From NCBI RefSeq assembly GCF_021869535.1, contig NW_026262679.1, positions 93,558,001 to 93,622,000 of the forward strand: a DNA stretch of 64,000 nt. The letters run 5' to 3'. This document shows, piece after piece, positions 1 to 11,769 of this stretch. How positions within the stretch are numbered: position 1 is the first letter of the stretch; each line of letters opens with the position of its first letter. The notes below the pieces were generated by a model. It did not search any database. It saw only the letters and a program-made list of their open reading frames with translations, and was not told where the DNA came from. The DNA comes from Mytilus californianus. Taxonomy: Eukaryota. A program made the translations under genes and the position numbers.

Positions 1-50
1 CATATATGCATTATTTAACCAAAAAAAATGGTACTGTTGTTCACATAAAC

Positions 51-245
51 AAGGGTCTGGATGGGGTGTCCTCCATTTCTATATTATTAAATCTTTAAGG
101 TCATTTTTCTCTATTCTTTATACTTTTTGCCCATCATTCTCTTTTCTCAATAAATAAGCACAACATTATTCTCTATTCCTTATATTTTTTAGTCAATTTT
201 TCTCTTTTCTTTATACTTTTAGCCATAGTTCTCTATTCTGTTGTT
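51..245. repeat. MITE-like dispersed repeat (TTCTCTATTC-rich family), truncated copy
   Basis: Starts AGGGTCTGGATGGGG and has a TTCTCTATTCT-rich body. The same family recurs at 24779-24932 and 42355-42563, where GAGGGT...ACCCTC inverted ends are visible. Confidence 0.55.
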
Positions 246-1079
246 ATTTTTTTTTGTCACAATTGATCACAAATACTTTACACAACCGTTATAAATAAAC
301 TAAAATATAAATGCTAACATTGATAGGCCAAAATTAAAGTTTTATTTAAAATTGAAGTCTCACGCTGGGAAAGGGGCGTTTATTTACATGTGGTCTGTGG
401 AAATTTCAGCATCAAAAAAGGGGCAAATATATAGCCATAATTTGACATAAACCGATCTGATCTATAAAATTGTGTTATGGATATTGTTCATATCTTTCTA
501 CTAACCATTAAAAGGATATTACTAGGATTTTGTGAGCACAGAAACCTACTATTCATGTGGATCTGTTGAAAAATGGCGTCGATTTATGTGCTTCCCTTTC
601 GCAGCCTCAGTTGCAATTTGACACGGAGTGATGGGTAGTTATGCAAATATTTAGGGACTCCCATCATCATAGATACTATTTTTTGTCATTTTATATTTAA
701 ATAGCCATTAGGATGCAAATGTGTCAGTTATTTTCAGAAGGGGAAAACACCCGCCATATCTTTATCTTCCAAAACAACAACGTCACTTGCAATTTTCAGA
801 TGTTTGTTTCTTGTAAAATAAAATCTCCTAAGAAGAAAAAATAGCATGGTCACCTGTTGAACTTACCTATATAACTAATTGATGATGAAATGATGCAAGT
901 TTAATTGTCTTTAATAATACATTTCTTGAAAAATCAAACGTACACGATGTAAACAAATTACCGATATGGTGCGATACTGTCGTCGTCTATGTAAAAATCG
1001 TGATTGTCGCCCTTGAATTCCTGTCCGTTACGTCATATGGAAGGAGGCGTAGAACTGACGTGTGGCTTTCCCACTGTAA

Positions 1080-2849
1080 TAGAGGTTTCTCTACATCTTA
1101 CGAACGGACGAAACTCTACGAACGTATCATTAAGGAGCAGTAATTTTGTTAAAATAAAATCCACGATAAATTTCTGCCGATATTACAGTGTGTTTCAAGA
1201 CAACAGTTTTCAATTTCATAGTCTTTTTTCAACCTTGCATTTTATTCTTTGTGGTTAAACATCAGTGTTCTTATTTATTTTCTGTTGTTGAATGTTACGT
1301 ATTCTTACGTTGTGTTTCGTTTGTTTACATGTCGAATATATGCGTTCGATTTATCTCCCTTATCCATTTAAAAAGAACATTGTTATGTAATGCTGATGTT
1401 AACAACAATCGGTGCGTCTGGTTTGTATTTGATTGATTGAGTGTTGGATGTTAAACGTTCAGTGGCAAGTATTCCATGAATTTTGCGACGATATTAGCGT
1501 TTGATAAAGGATTGAAAAGTGATTAAGATGACACAAGTTTGGTATTTTTCATTTATTATATCGACACATCCTTTATAAATATGGAACGAATAAAGGAGGA
1601 GTGTTTGGGTAAATACTGTTTCCTAGAATACAGCACCCAACTGGAAAGTCTTAATGTGCACTAGGTCCAAGTGGTCCGACTTTCTGTAACGCATGAGTGT
1701 CATTTACTGGTTCGAGAGTATCTTGGATAAATATGTCGTGAACACCGCTATTTATTTAAAAGAAAATTATCTATTGGGAAAAGGTTACAGAAATATAAAG
1801 GCGCACTCGATCAATCGTAAAGTAATCGATTTTTTGTGTATTCTTGTTGAAAGTATGAGCGCTACAGCACTGATAGTTACATATTTTTTAAAAGCCACGG
1901 TACATTTTTCTAAAAGTCCATTCCCTAAGTTAAAAAAAATAGAAAAATAATAACAGAAGAAAATATATAAACAGCATGCCATAAAAACTCCACAAAAACA
2001 AGAAAACAAAATTAATTATATATACACTAAAATTTGTACGATAATAAAACATACATACAAAGAATAAGAACGGCCATGAAAAAAACAACAAAAAATTTAA
2101 ATACATAACAGTACATCTTTTTAAAGTTTTAATTGGGGTTTTTTTAAATATTTATTTCAATGTTTCCCGTTAGTTATCTTCTTGAGTTTACCAGTTTAGC
2201 TAGAATATAAATCAATAACAATCATTTAAGGTGAAGAAGTGATTATGTGGATTTTAGAGTTGGGGCAACGAAGCGGTTACCCCGGATCCGTAGATGTTTT
2301 TTTTTTTTGGCAAATTAAAAACTAGAGGCATTCACGCCTAGATTTGTTTTAACTCATTTTTGCGGAAGACCTTCTAGCATTGATCTCATCCTTGATAAGA
2401 TTCAAAAAGATTCCTATCCCCTTCCATTCCAAAGTCCTATATTTATCCTTTTTCACATAAATGTACTAAAAATTTCAAATGATGTTGTCATGCTTATCAA
2501 AATCTCTTGTACGATTGCTGCCCTTGGTCTAAATATTGTAAATTATATTCTTCCCAATAATTTTTTGATCAGTTAGATTTTTCAACTGTGTTGATTGAAC
2601 CGTAAATTGTATATTATATATTATATATATCAGTCGTCAATATAATATGTCTACGACTCAAAATGGTCTTAAAAATACAGCATGTTTATATATTTTTTTT
2701 TATATATAAAAGACATTTCAAATGGAAGAAGAACACAGCCGATAGTCCAATATTATTAAATAAATTGATGCTCCCTCTTTTCTCGTAACGGCAAGTCACG
2801 CGAAGTTAGGGCAATTTTCGTTCGTTCGTTAGATGTTGAGAAACCTCTA
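1080..2849. mobile_element. Possible non-autonomous TIR element with TAG...CTA termini
   Basis: TAGAGGTTTCTCTACATCTTACGAACGGACGAAA at 1080 is an imperfect inverted copy of TTCGTTCGTTCGTTAGATGTTGAGAAACCTCTA ending at 2849. Flanks are GTAA and ATAA. No coding content. Confidence 0.3.
1430..1480 (-). repeat. SINE 3' tail fragment ending in (CAAT)n
   Basis: Reverse complement reads ...ACTTGCCACTGAACGTTTAACATCCAACACTCAATCAATC. A similar tail occurs on + at about 60105-60150. Confidence 0.5.
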
Positions 2850-3415
2850 ATAAGGTGCAGATTTCCAAAGTGGAACTACCAAAGTTCCGTTTGCTTTGTC
2901 TTCCAAAAATTTTCTGATAACTTTACAAACCAAATTAGACGGCGGAACAACACAATTGTTTCCATCTTTCCAATTTTGTTTAAAAGCATCTACTGCTTCT
3001 GTACAATTACAACAACATTTAGAATTAAATCTTGTTCATTTAGTGTTATAGTCTGTAGCATATATGTCAACGGTATGAATACCCAATAATCTATCTAAGT
3101 TATCAAAAACTTCAGTACTGATACCCTAGTCATCGAGTTCACGCCATGTAGAACTAATCTTTTCATGATCTGCCCTACCACCCACTACAGTGTTCAAACT
3201 ATTACTGGGCGTAACCAGACTGCAGTTCATCTCAACATCGCTCGAGTCATAGAACGACTCAGCACTATTGCTATTAACAGCGGGGACTACAAATCCCCCG
3301 AAACCAATCTCTGAGACATCTGTAAAAGCCTTAAGATCTTATAAATTTGACTCATGCAGATTCACACCCTTCTCATTCAGAACACTGACTGAATTCTAAG
3401 CTCATCAACAGCTAG

Positions 3416-4130
3416 CTATAGAGCTGTCAAAGCAACCAGTGACTTCCAACTGGCTCTAAGAACAATGCAATGGTATAATTCCATTATCCTTAATCTTACC
3501 AGACTTCCGAAAACAACTTGCATTGAAATTATTTGTCCGACAATATTGGCAACTAGTTTTTCTCTGTATAAAGTTTTACCTTTACTAACACCGTCAAATG
3601 TTTTTACAATACTTAATAACAACCTTTCAACTCGCTCTTGAGTAATCTGAACTTTGCCTAGATACCTATCCCACACTAAACCAATCCAAATCATATTTTG
3701 TGGTGGATACCAAATACACTTATCCTCAGCTATAAGAAAAACCAAATTCAGACAAACTATTTCTTATATAATCGCTGTTCTTTTTAGAAGAAGCTAAATC
3801 ACAAGCTCCACCCAAACCGTCATCAAGATTCATAATTATCTTTATTCCCTGGTTTCTTCAGTACTAAACCACCTGTTTGAAAACTTTTGTAAAAATATGT
3901 CCAGCACTTGCAATACCAAAAAGGGAGCACATTGAACACTAAATAGTTAACCTTTCCGTCAATAACCCAACTGAAACCTAAATATTGCTTGTGCTCCTCT
4001 CTTTTTTCAATATGATGGTATGCACTTTTCAAATCATATCTTAAATGATAGTCTCCCTTTTCAAATAATTCTCTTGCCACTAATGCATCTTCAAATTTGA
4101 ATTAAAATTGGTGTATGCAACTGTTACATC
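3416..4130 (-). pseudogene. DIRS reverse transcriptase fragments
   Basis: ORFs 3823-4080 (YDLKSAYHHI..YLGFSW..VFNVLPF) and 3416-3745 (KCIWYPPQNMIWIGLVWD..ERVERL) match DIRS-type RT motifs. Confidence 0.8.
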
Positions 4131-4396
4131 GTAACGTGTCTGCAATCTAACACTAATCTTGGCTTTTGTGATCTATTAAAAGCCACCGTAAGCGGATTAA
4201 TAACGTATGGTTTATTAGCAACATGTGAAATACAACCTTTTCCTAATAGTTTAGAAATCTGGCTTTCAACAAAATCATCATTGTCTCTCGAAGATTTGTT
4301 ATTGCCTAAAAATACATTATCTAGAAGGTTTTATTTTAAATTGTATACCGTAACATCTTTCTATTACCCAGTCGTCTCAGTTTACCTAAAGGATAT

Positions 4397-4933
4397 TTAT
4401 TGGGTGAATTTAAATGCCAGCAATTGATCTACACATTCCTCACGGTTGAGAAAACAAATATTATCATTGCCGTTGTCAAGTAAGTGAGCTTCGTTTAAGT
4501 GAGTAGTTTTCAATGTTAAACTTTCATCAATGAAATGACCTGAAAAATTGCTATTTCTAGAAATAATTTCATTAGAGAACAATAAATTACTATATGTACT
4601 TAACTTCTTTTTCTTTTCTGGGCATTCAAACTGCCAATGGCCTGGCTTATAACAGTTATAACACACTCCTGGCCTCCTAGATGACTTAGCGCCACCACTG
4701 ATGTTACCATTATCTGCTAAAGTTGAAGGTCTAGAATATGGAGTCGGACGTTTCTTTCTGGATTTTTCTGCCTTTACCTTTCTTTCCGCACGCGACGTTG
4801 CCCTCATAATCTTCTTGTCGTCTTCCGAATCATCGGCCAGTGGGTTTGAAGTGTATTCTTGGACTACTCTCCAACCATGTTTAGACGAATCTGGCATTTT
4901 CGCTAGTTTTTGACGATAAGTTAAAAGTTCCAT
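4397..4933 (-). pseudogene. DIRS gag C-terminal part with CCHC zinc knuckle
   Basis: The ORF contains CX2CX4HX4C (CYNCYKPGHWQFEC). The N-terminal part of gag continues at ~5480-5790, beyond an inserted repeat. Confidence 0.8.
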
Positions 4934-4984
4934 ACCTTCGTTAATCCTCTGCTTAGCATAAAAAGTTAAATCACAAAAATACTG

Positions 4985-5340
4985 AACTCTGAGGAAAATT
5001 CAAAACGGAAAGTCCCTAATCAAATGGCAAAATCAAAAGCACAAACACATCAAACGAATGGACAACAACTGTCATATTCCTGACTTGGTACAGGCATTTT
5101 CTTATGTAGAAAATGGTGGATTGAACCTGATTTTATAGCGCTAAACCTCTCACTTGTATGACAGTCGCATCAAATTTCATTATATTGACAACGATGCGTG
5201 AATAAAACAGACAGACATAATAGGTAAAAATGTCAAAATAGGGGTACAGCAGTCAACAACGTGTCACAATCTTAATCACAACAAAAACAAACAAATATTT
5301 AACAAAGAAGCACAAAAAAGCATATACCACATTTAACAAC
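4985..5340. repeat. Dispersed repeat inserted into DIRS gag
   Basis: Interrupts gag between ..KKLIVTL and ..QRINEGMELL. Part of it (AACCTG..CTTGTATGACAGT..ATTATATTGACAA..AAACAGACATAAT) is similar to 7640-7760. Confidence 0.55.
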
Positions 5341-6713
5341 CTCGTTCATTGCTTACTTATTTTTGTATTTTATTCATGTATGCCAAATCAATCCATAAAG
5401 GATCGAGGAATTTTAAGCACTGGGACCGAATCGTAATTTTAACATTAACTCTGGCGTAGAATCGCGTGTGCAAGGACTTTTCATCTAAAGATTCTAAACA
5501 GGATTGTGGTTCCTAGAGTGTTACAATCAACTTCTTGTTGAACTTGAACTGGTCTTCACAGCTCTTTTTGTAGGGATCCGCCGTTAAAATGTCACTTTGG
5601 ATTTTCCACATCGGTGCCTCTGAACGTTCTTTTTATTGGTTGCCGAAAGCCTGCAATCTTAATACAATATCCCATCTAGTTTACTTAAAAATTCATTTTG
5701 AGACTTCTGAATCTCTTTTCCAACTATCCAACTTTCAATGTCCATGGGATCCATTTTGACAAACTGGCACTCAGAAAAATTTGATGTACACAGTACGAAA
5801 GCAAGGCTAGAAGTAATACTCATATAACTACCTATTTACCACTAAAATTGTTTGCCCCAAAAATTCATACGCCTCGGAAATACTTTACCGAGAAGAAAAT
5901 AAATTCCCGTTTTATTGCGTGCCTCGGGAATTATCTATTCTTATTCGATTCATGAGATTTGAACATCGGTAAACATCTGCTGCCTAAATTTCTTAGCGTT
6001 GACATATTGTCTCCAACAATAGATATGTTTAAATTTTGTATCACATAGCACCAATTGTCGAACAAATGTTAGAATTATTTAGACTGCTTGCTTATCTAAA
6101 AGTAGAAATATCAAGCACGATATACTTCTATTTCACTATAAGAACAAATGAGCCGTGAAAATGTATGGCTCAAATTGAAAATGATATAGTATAGTAGCTA
6201 AAGTTAATAAATCAATAAAGTAAAGGTGAAATACCACCAAAATATAGTACGTCACATCCAGCCCCATGTTAAAAAAGGGTCGAAAAAGAAAATTCCCTTG
6301 AATTAAAGAGTTGAAGGAAATTAACCATTCATTTATTGCAGAGATTTTTTTCTGAGTCATAAACATATATCATGGGTGTTTCAAAGCACCATTTTTTTCT
6401 AATTTGGTGTTTTGGAAACTTGAGGTGACATGGATACTTCAGCTTGGGAAAAAAGTGGCTTGGTTTACTTCCGGTGATGTTTTTTTTTTCTTTTCTTATG
6501 TGCAATGATATGTTGTGATACATTTTCACAGAAGTACTGGACAGGATAAAACTTTACTCATGCCAAGTATTTCATCTTTTTTTGAAACAAGATACGTTCT
6601 GCACATTTTTGTGAAAATGTCAATTACCACAGACTAATTGGGGAAAACAATAGTGGTTTTCTCCTTATTTCAATACTGAAAATATCTAATCATAGATACC
6701 ATGCTTATAATGT

Positions 6714-6763
6714 TGTACGCCAGACGCGTGTTTCGTTTACAAAAGACCCATCAGTGACGCTCG
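6714..6763 (-). ncRNA. Degenerate minimal type I hammerhead ribozyme (Penelope/retrozyme type)
   Basis: Minus strand: GAGCGTCA-CTGATGG-GTCTTTTGTAAAC-GAAA-CACGC-GTC-TGGCGTA. Stem I (GCGTCA/TGGCGT), a CUGAUG(G) core, GAAA and a GUC cleavage triplet are present. One core substitution and one stem II mismatch. Confidence 0.65.
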
Positions 6764-6912
6764 ACAGTTTAATATGGTCAACTACATAACAAAGCCTACC
6801 AAAATATGATAGATTTTTGTGCAACGGTCCCTAAAGGGTTGCCTTTAAAAGGGGTTATTGTCACAATACTCCCAAAATGGTTAAAAGTCCCATGTCCAAA
6901 AATGTTCGGATT

Positions 6913-7565
6913 AAAAGTGAGGCGAAAGATACAAAAGAACATTCAAACTCATAAGTCAAAAATAAACTGACAACGCCATGGCTAAAAAAGAAAAAGACAA
7001 ACAACAGTACACAAAACACAACATAGAAAACTATAGACTGGGCAACACGAACACCACCAAAAACAGGGAGTGATCTCAGGTGCTCGGGAAGGGAAAGCGG
7101 ATCCTGCTCCACATGAAGCACCCGTCGTGTTGCTCATGTTAGTACAAACCCGGTTATAAGTCTAATTCGGCAGGTCACATTCGGGGAAAAGGGGACGGGA
7201 TTGTAGTTACGACAATTGGAACATATCCGTTGTCATATGTGTAACAGATATTCCATAACGGTCAACCAACTCGTGATGGCGTCCGTAAAATTTACGAAGG
7301 GATGATTTCAACTTCACCACTTGGAACTCTTTGTTTTATATCTTTCTTGAGAGCAGCAACCCTCTATCAAGGAAATCATAATAGGAAATACAAGCCCTGG
7401 AATACTGTTTCAACTGGGAGATATATACTCCGTATACAAGCGCTGCTGGATTGTTGCTACATAAAAATGGAAAGTTCACAATTTGGAAGCTGAAATCATC
7501 TCTTTTGTCATAAAGTTTTGTTCTTAACCGACCCTCAATGTCAATTTCTAGATGTAAGTCAAGAT
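6913..7565 (-). mobile_element. 5'-truncated Penelope-like element: RT C-terminus and 3' tail
   Basis: Clearly similar to 47431-48080 (LRKFYGRHHELVDRY region; GCAGGATC(C/T)GCTT..GAGCACCTGAGATCAC tail), with indels. Confidence 0.85.
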
Positions 7566-9261
7566 TAAAATGACAATATAATATAATCGACTATACAGCT
7601 GCCACTTTTATGATTTGGTATAGTCATTTTCGAAATGGTGGTTTAAACCTGGTTTCAAAGCTAGCTTAACCTCCCAATTGTATGACAGTTGTATATAGTT
7701 CCGTTATATTGACAAATTGGATACGCATCCCAAACAGACATAATTGGTTAACATGACAATAAGTGTGATCCAGCAGTCAAAACTGTGTAAACATACATCA
7801 CAGACAATAGTTCGATAGTTTTCTGTCAAATGGTCGCAGAGGACTTGCGTTCATAAGACTTATTATCACAATATTCGAAGAAAATAGTCACAGCCCAATT
7901 ACTCTCATTAAAATGGGGGGATTGAAATTATGGTAAAACATGGTCAAGGAAATATCATGGCAAACAATCTTATTGATTATGACAGCATTCTACAAAAAAA
8001 GTATCAAAAGACAAAAAAAAAAATTATTTTTTTTTATCGAAGTTCCATTACTCCTGTAAAGATGGTAGAATAAAAAAGGTGTTATAATCTAGTCAACTAC
8101 ACAGAATGGCAAACAGTCGTGCTAAGTATTCGAGGTTTCTGTAAAACGGAACTAGAGGTGTTGCGTTCACAAAGTGGCAATGTTTTAATACTGAAAAAAA
8201 TGTCCAAGTCTCATAGCTCACGTTAAAATTGTCGAATCAAGCATGAAAGCTTTATGTCAAACGGTCTCATTAGAATGCATTTTCAGTAACATTCATATTT
8301 TTTTTATTTGAGTTCACTTTGATAGGATATTAAACGTGTTTTTATTTGAAGAATGCTTCTTTTGTCATATTATTTGTTTTTCAAAAATCATGTCTCGTCT
8401 CATTATCTGTAAATAGTATCTCATCTCTGTCCTTTTTCAGAATCGTGAATAAATGGCAGATCAAAATATTTATCGACAAGGTAAAAGAGAGTCGGAAGAT
8501 ACCCCCAATGGGGTATTCAAATTCACAGGTAAGCTATACCACCTTTTGCAGTCGTACCCTCATTCGAAATGACATATTGAAAGTAGACGTTATATTTTGA
8601 TTCATAAAAATGACAAACGAATATACAAAAAGTAGCTTGGGGTAGAAACAAATCATGCTGTGTAAAACAATTCTGATTCAAACAAAAGTTCACCGATACT
8701 GACATCCTCAAAATACTTGAATTCTTTGTCGACAGTAATTGTGGTGCGTGTAATAGACCTTTTTTCAACAAAAAGTCGTTTTTTATTAGAGAATCACTTC
8801 TTTCTAACTATTTCATTTTTTTTTTCAATTAGGCCCTTATCAACAATATTCATGATATCAAGATAAGAAGTTTAAGATATATTTCTTAATCCCATTATAT
8901 TGTCACCTAGACAAAGGGAATATGCTGTCGGTAGTCGTTTAAGCAAAGACAATTTGCAAATCGTCAAGGAATCTTCAAATAAGGTCTGTCAATCTAACCG
9001 ATGGATACACCTTGTGATTTTTATCTGACTATTTATGTATTTCCACCTTTCTGATCGAGACACTTTTTACTTTTGTTTTGAAATTTTTAACTTTCTCCGT
9101 AATATATGTTTGACCGAACCCATCTGGTTACATCGAACTGAAGTTAATTTTGCATTTACATAAGTGATATGCCGTTGTATTTCATAAACCGTAAGTCATA
9201 GAGACCTAAAGTCTTTTGATATGTGGTCCCTGTTAATTTCAAGAAGTAAATTACGATATCT

Positions 9262-9370
9262 GGCAAGCATTACTTGTCTGTAGTATCCTTCACTGGGGAA
9301 GATACGTTCAACATAGTCACCAAACTTTAATTATTCAATGAGAGGACATCGTTTATAAAGCAAACGTTCA
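9262..9370 (-). pseudogene. Short Penelope-like RT fragment
   Basis: The minus strand encodes DVLSLNN..FGDYVERIFP..DTTD with frameshifts, matching the RT at 48110-48200. Confidence 0.6.
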
Positions 9371-9462
9371 GTTAGAGGATAATGCTAGCTTCTATTCTTT
9401 CTTACAATATGTTCATTAATTAGGTCCTATTATCAGTGAGTCCAAATAACTACCTAATTATC

Positions 9463-11460
9463 CATTAGAATATAGCAAAGTGCTCTCGACCAATGAAATT
9501 GTAGGAATTGATGTGCCTTAATAGTGAAGAATGAATGTAAATCATGTTCTTAATAAGAAATTGTCCTATTGTTAAGGCCTACTAACAGTTCAAGACAAAG
9601 AATTTCTATAAATAAATTACAACTGCCAGAAGCACATTTATCAGCTTGAAAGGATTAAATATTTATGATTGAAATTGATTACAAAATGAACAGTTAAACA
9701 AACAAAAAATCAAAATAAGTTTACTGGTGCAGTACAAATTAAATTGGAACCAATAAAGTATATTTGAATATAAATAACTTTAAAATTACTTAAAAAAATG
9801 TTAACTTTATCAAAGCAATGCAAAAGGAAAGAAAAAAAAAACAACTATGAATCAAATATAACTCAAATCTTTAACTACTAAGCTTACAAATTTTCAGACT
9901 ACTGGATCTGCGGTTGGTAAAAAAAGGTATTTTCAAATATTCCGATACAATTGAAACAGGAGGTTAACTTAACCTTAGATTTTCATTAAAAAAAAGGCAT
10001 TTTATTTAAAAATTCAAATTTTAGTTAATTACTTCACTTAATGATATCGTATTTGATGTAAAGAGCTGGAATCAAATATTAGCTGTGGAATAAAATTTTG
10101 TTGTAACTCAAATTTAAAATATATTGATATGAACAGTAAATAAACAAAAAGATACTTTCTTACTTAAAGGCTACATGATTCACATTCATACTCACAATAA
10201 GGTAACTTATGCAATTCTTACCATTTCATCGTATTTGTCGTGTCATCTAATGTTTAAAACACAATTTATTAAAATGTCTCCATATTGTACATGTTATAGG
10301 AAAGTCCCTACATAACCAAGACCTATCCATAATTGCAAACAGTAAAATTCTTGCCAAAGTGGGGCGTTCGTTTAGCTGTGCGGGATGTACAAGTACGCAG
10401 CCAAGTCCTGTCAGAAATGGGGACGTTAAATCCGATGTCTCGCGTAGAAGGAGTGCCACGCTCTCTGCACGTTTAGAACCCTTGCAACAACTCTTTAAGA
10501 GGTCCGTAGGTAGCCTGTTGCAAGGCAAAGTTTCTGTCCCTATCCAATTACTGAATTAATCCTCATTTTCCAGTGGCAGTTTAAGTTTCCCCGACCTTTA
10601 TCATGAAGAAAGGGATTATCATTCTCTTACACATACTTAGAATATAGCAAAGTGCTCTCGATCAATGAAACTGTAGGATTTGGTGTTTCTTAAATGTAAG
10701 AATGAATGTAAATGATATTCTTAGTAAGGGATTATCCTATTGTTAAGGCTCTCTTACAGTTCAAAACAAAGAATTTCTTTAAATGAGTTATAAATGCCCA
10801 GAAGCATATTTACCAGCTTGAAAGGATTTGTGATTGATACTGATTAAAAGTTGAATTTTAAAATAAAATACAAAATCAATATAAGTCGAAGTTTACTGGT
10901 GCAGTAAAATTTGTTCAATTAATGTTATTATGAGAATATTAATAACTTCAAGATTACTAAAATATTGAACAATATCAAAGCAATACAAAAGAAAAAAAAG
11001 TTTATAATTAAATATAACATAAATCTTTAGCTAATACGCTTACCAAAACTCAGATTACCGGATCAGCTGTTGGTAAGCACAGTAATTTCCGATAAAATTT
11101 AAAAAAATGCAATAACTTAATTTTATTTTTTGAATATATATGTTATTTTAACATTTATTTTAGTTAATTACCTCACATAATTAAGTAGTGTTTGATGTAA
11201 AGAGCTGGACTACAATATTGGCTGTGAAATAAAATTTAGTTGTAACTCAAATTTTGAATTTATTGAATTGAACTGTAAATAAACAAATAATTCACCACTA
11301 AAATATTACATGATTAACATTTAGACTCACAACTAGGAAACTTATACAATTCCTACCATTTCATCGCACTGTTGTGTCATATAATGTCTTCAACGCAATT
11401 TATTATATGTTCCACAATTATAAAAAAAAGTACTTACATCACTAAAACTAATCCATAAAT
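9463..11460. repeat. Old direct duplication: units ~9463-10340 and ~10636-11460
   Basis: Both start TTAGAATATAGCAAAGTGCTCTCGA and share colinear blocks (GTTTACTGGTGCAGTA, GATGTAAAGAGCTGGA, TTGTAACTCAAATTT, CCATTTCATCG) with many substitutions. Confidence 0.85.
10355..10612 (+). repeat. SINE central-domain fragment (possibly Deu/Nin-type)
   Basis: GC-richer island with GGGGACGTTAAATCCGATG...GTGCCACGCTCTCTGCACGTTTAGAACCC, recalled as a molluscan SINE core. It lies between the two duplicated units. Confidence 0.45.
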
Positions 11461-11769
11461 AAAAAGGAAGTCATGCATTAATTATAAACATTGCACTGAC
11501 AATGAAATCTAGATCGATAGATCTTTATTCTCATTAACTAAATTACATAGTTACAGAGATGATAATATACATAATATAACATATTTCGCATGTGTGAAAA
11601 ATACATAAATAACTGTACTTTAACCAGGAGGACAGACTTTCACTGATATATAATTAATAAATCTACACAACTTTTGTAGTAAAACAATATTGACTGTATT
11701 GAATACATTATTAAGTTTAAGAATATTAACATTTGTACAACACTAGTGTGGTAAATATTTATATCGTTC

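Larger units (their letters stand above)
2850..5800 (-). mobile_element. Degenerate DIRS-group (tyrosine-recombinase class) retrotransposon: gag, RT, RNase H, methyltransferase-like domain; YR not seen
   Basis: Manual translation gives the domains in order: gag (SCEDQFKFNKKL; EGMELLTYRQKL..GWRVVQEY; CYNCYKPGHWQFEC knuckle), RT (YDLKSAYHH, VFNVLPF, LNLDDG), RNase H (FTDVSEIGFGG, SSTWREL) and MT-like (VDIYATDYNTK..TEAVDAF, GTLVVPLWKSAPY). Many stops and frameshifts. Confidence 0.85.

Noticed and set aside
8438-8529. Possible first coding exon (TTTTTCAG|..ATGGCAGATCAAAAT..ACAG|GTAAG; MADQNIYRQGKRESEDTPNGVFKFT)
   Set aside because: Plausible splice signals, but no recognisable peptide or partner exon. 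Such signals arise by chance in AT-rich DNA, so RNA-seq is needed.
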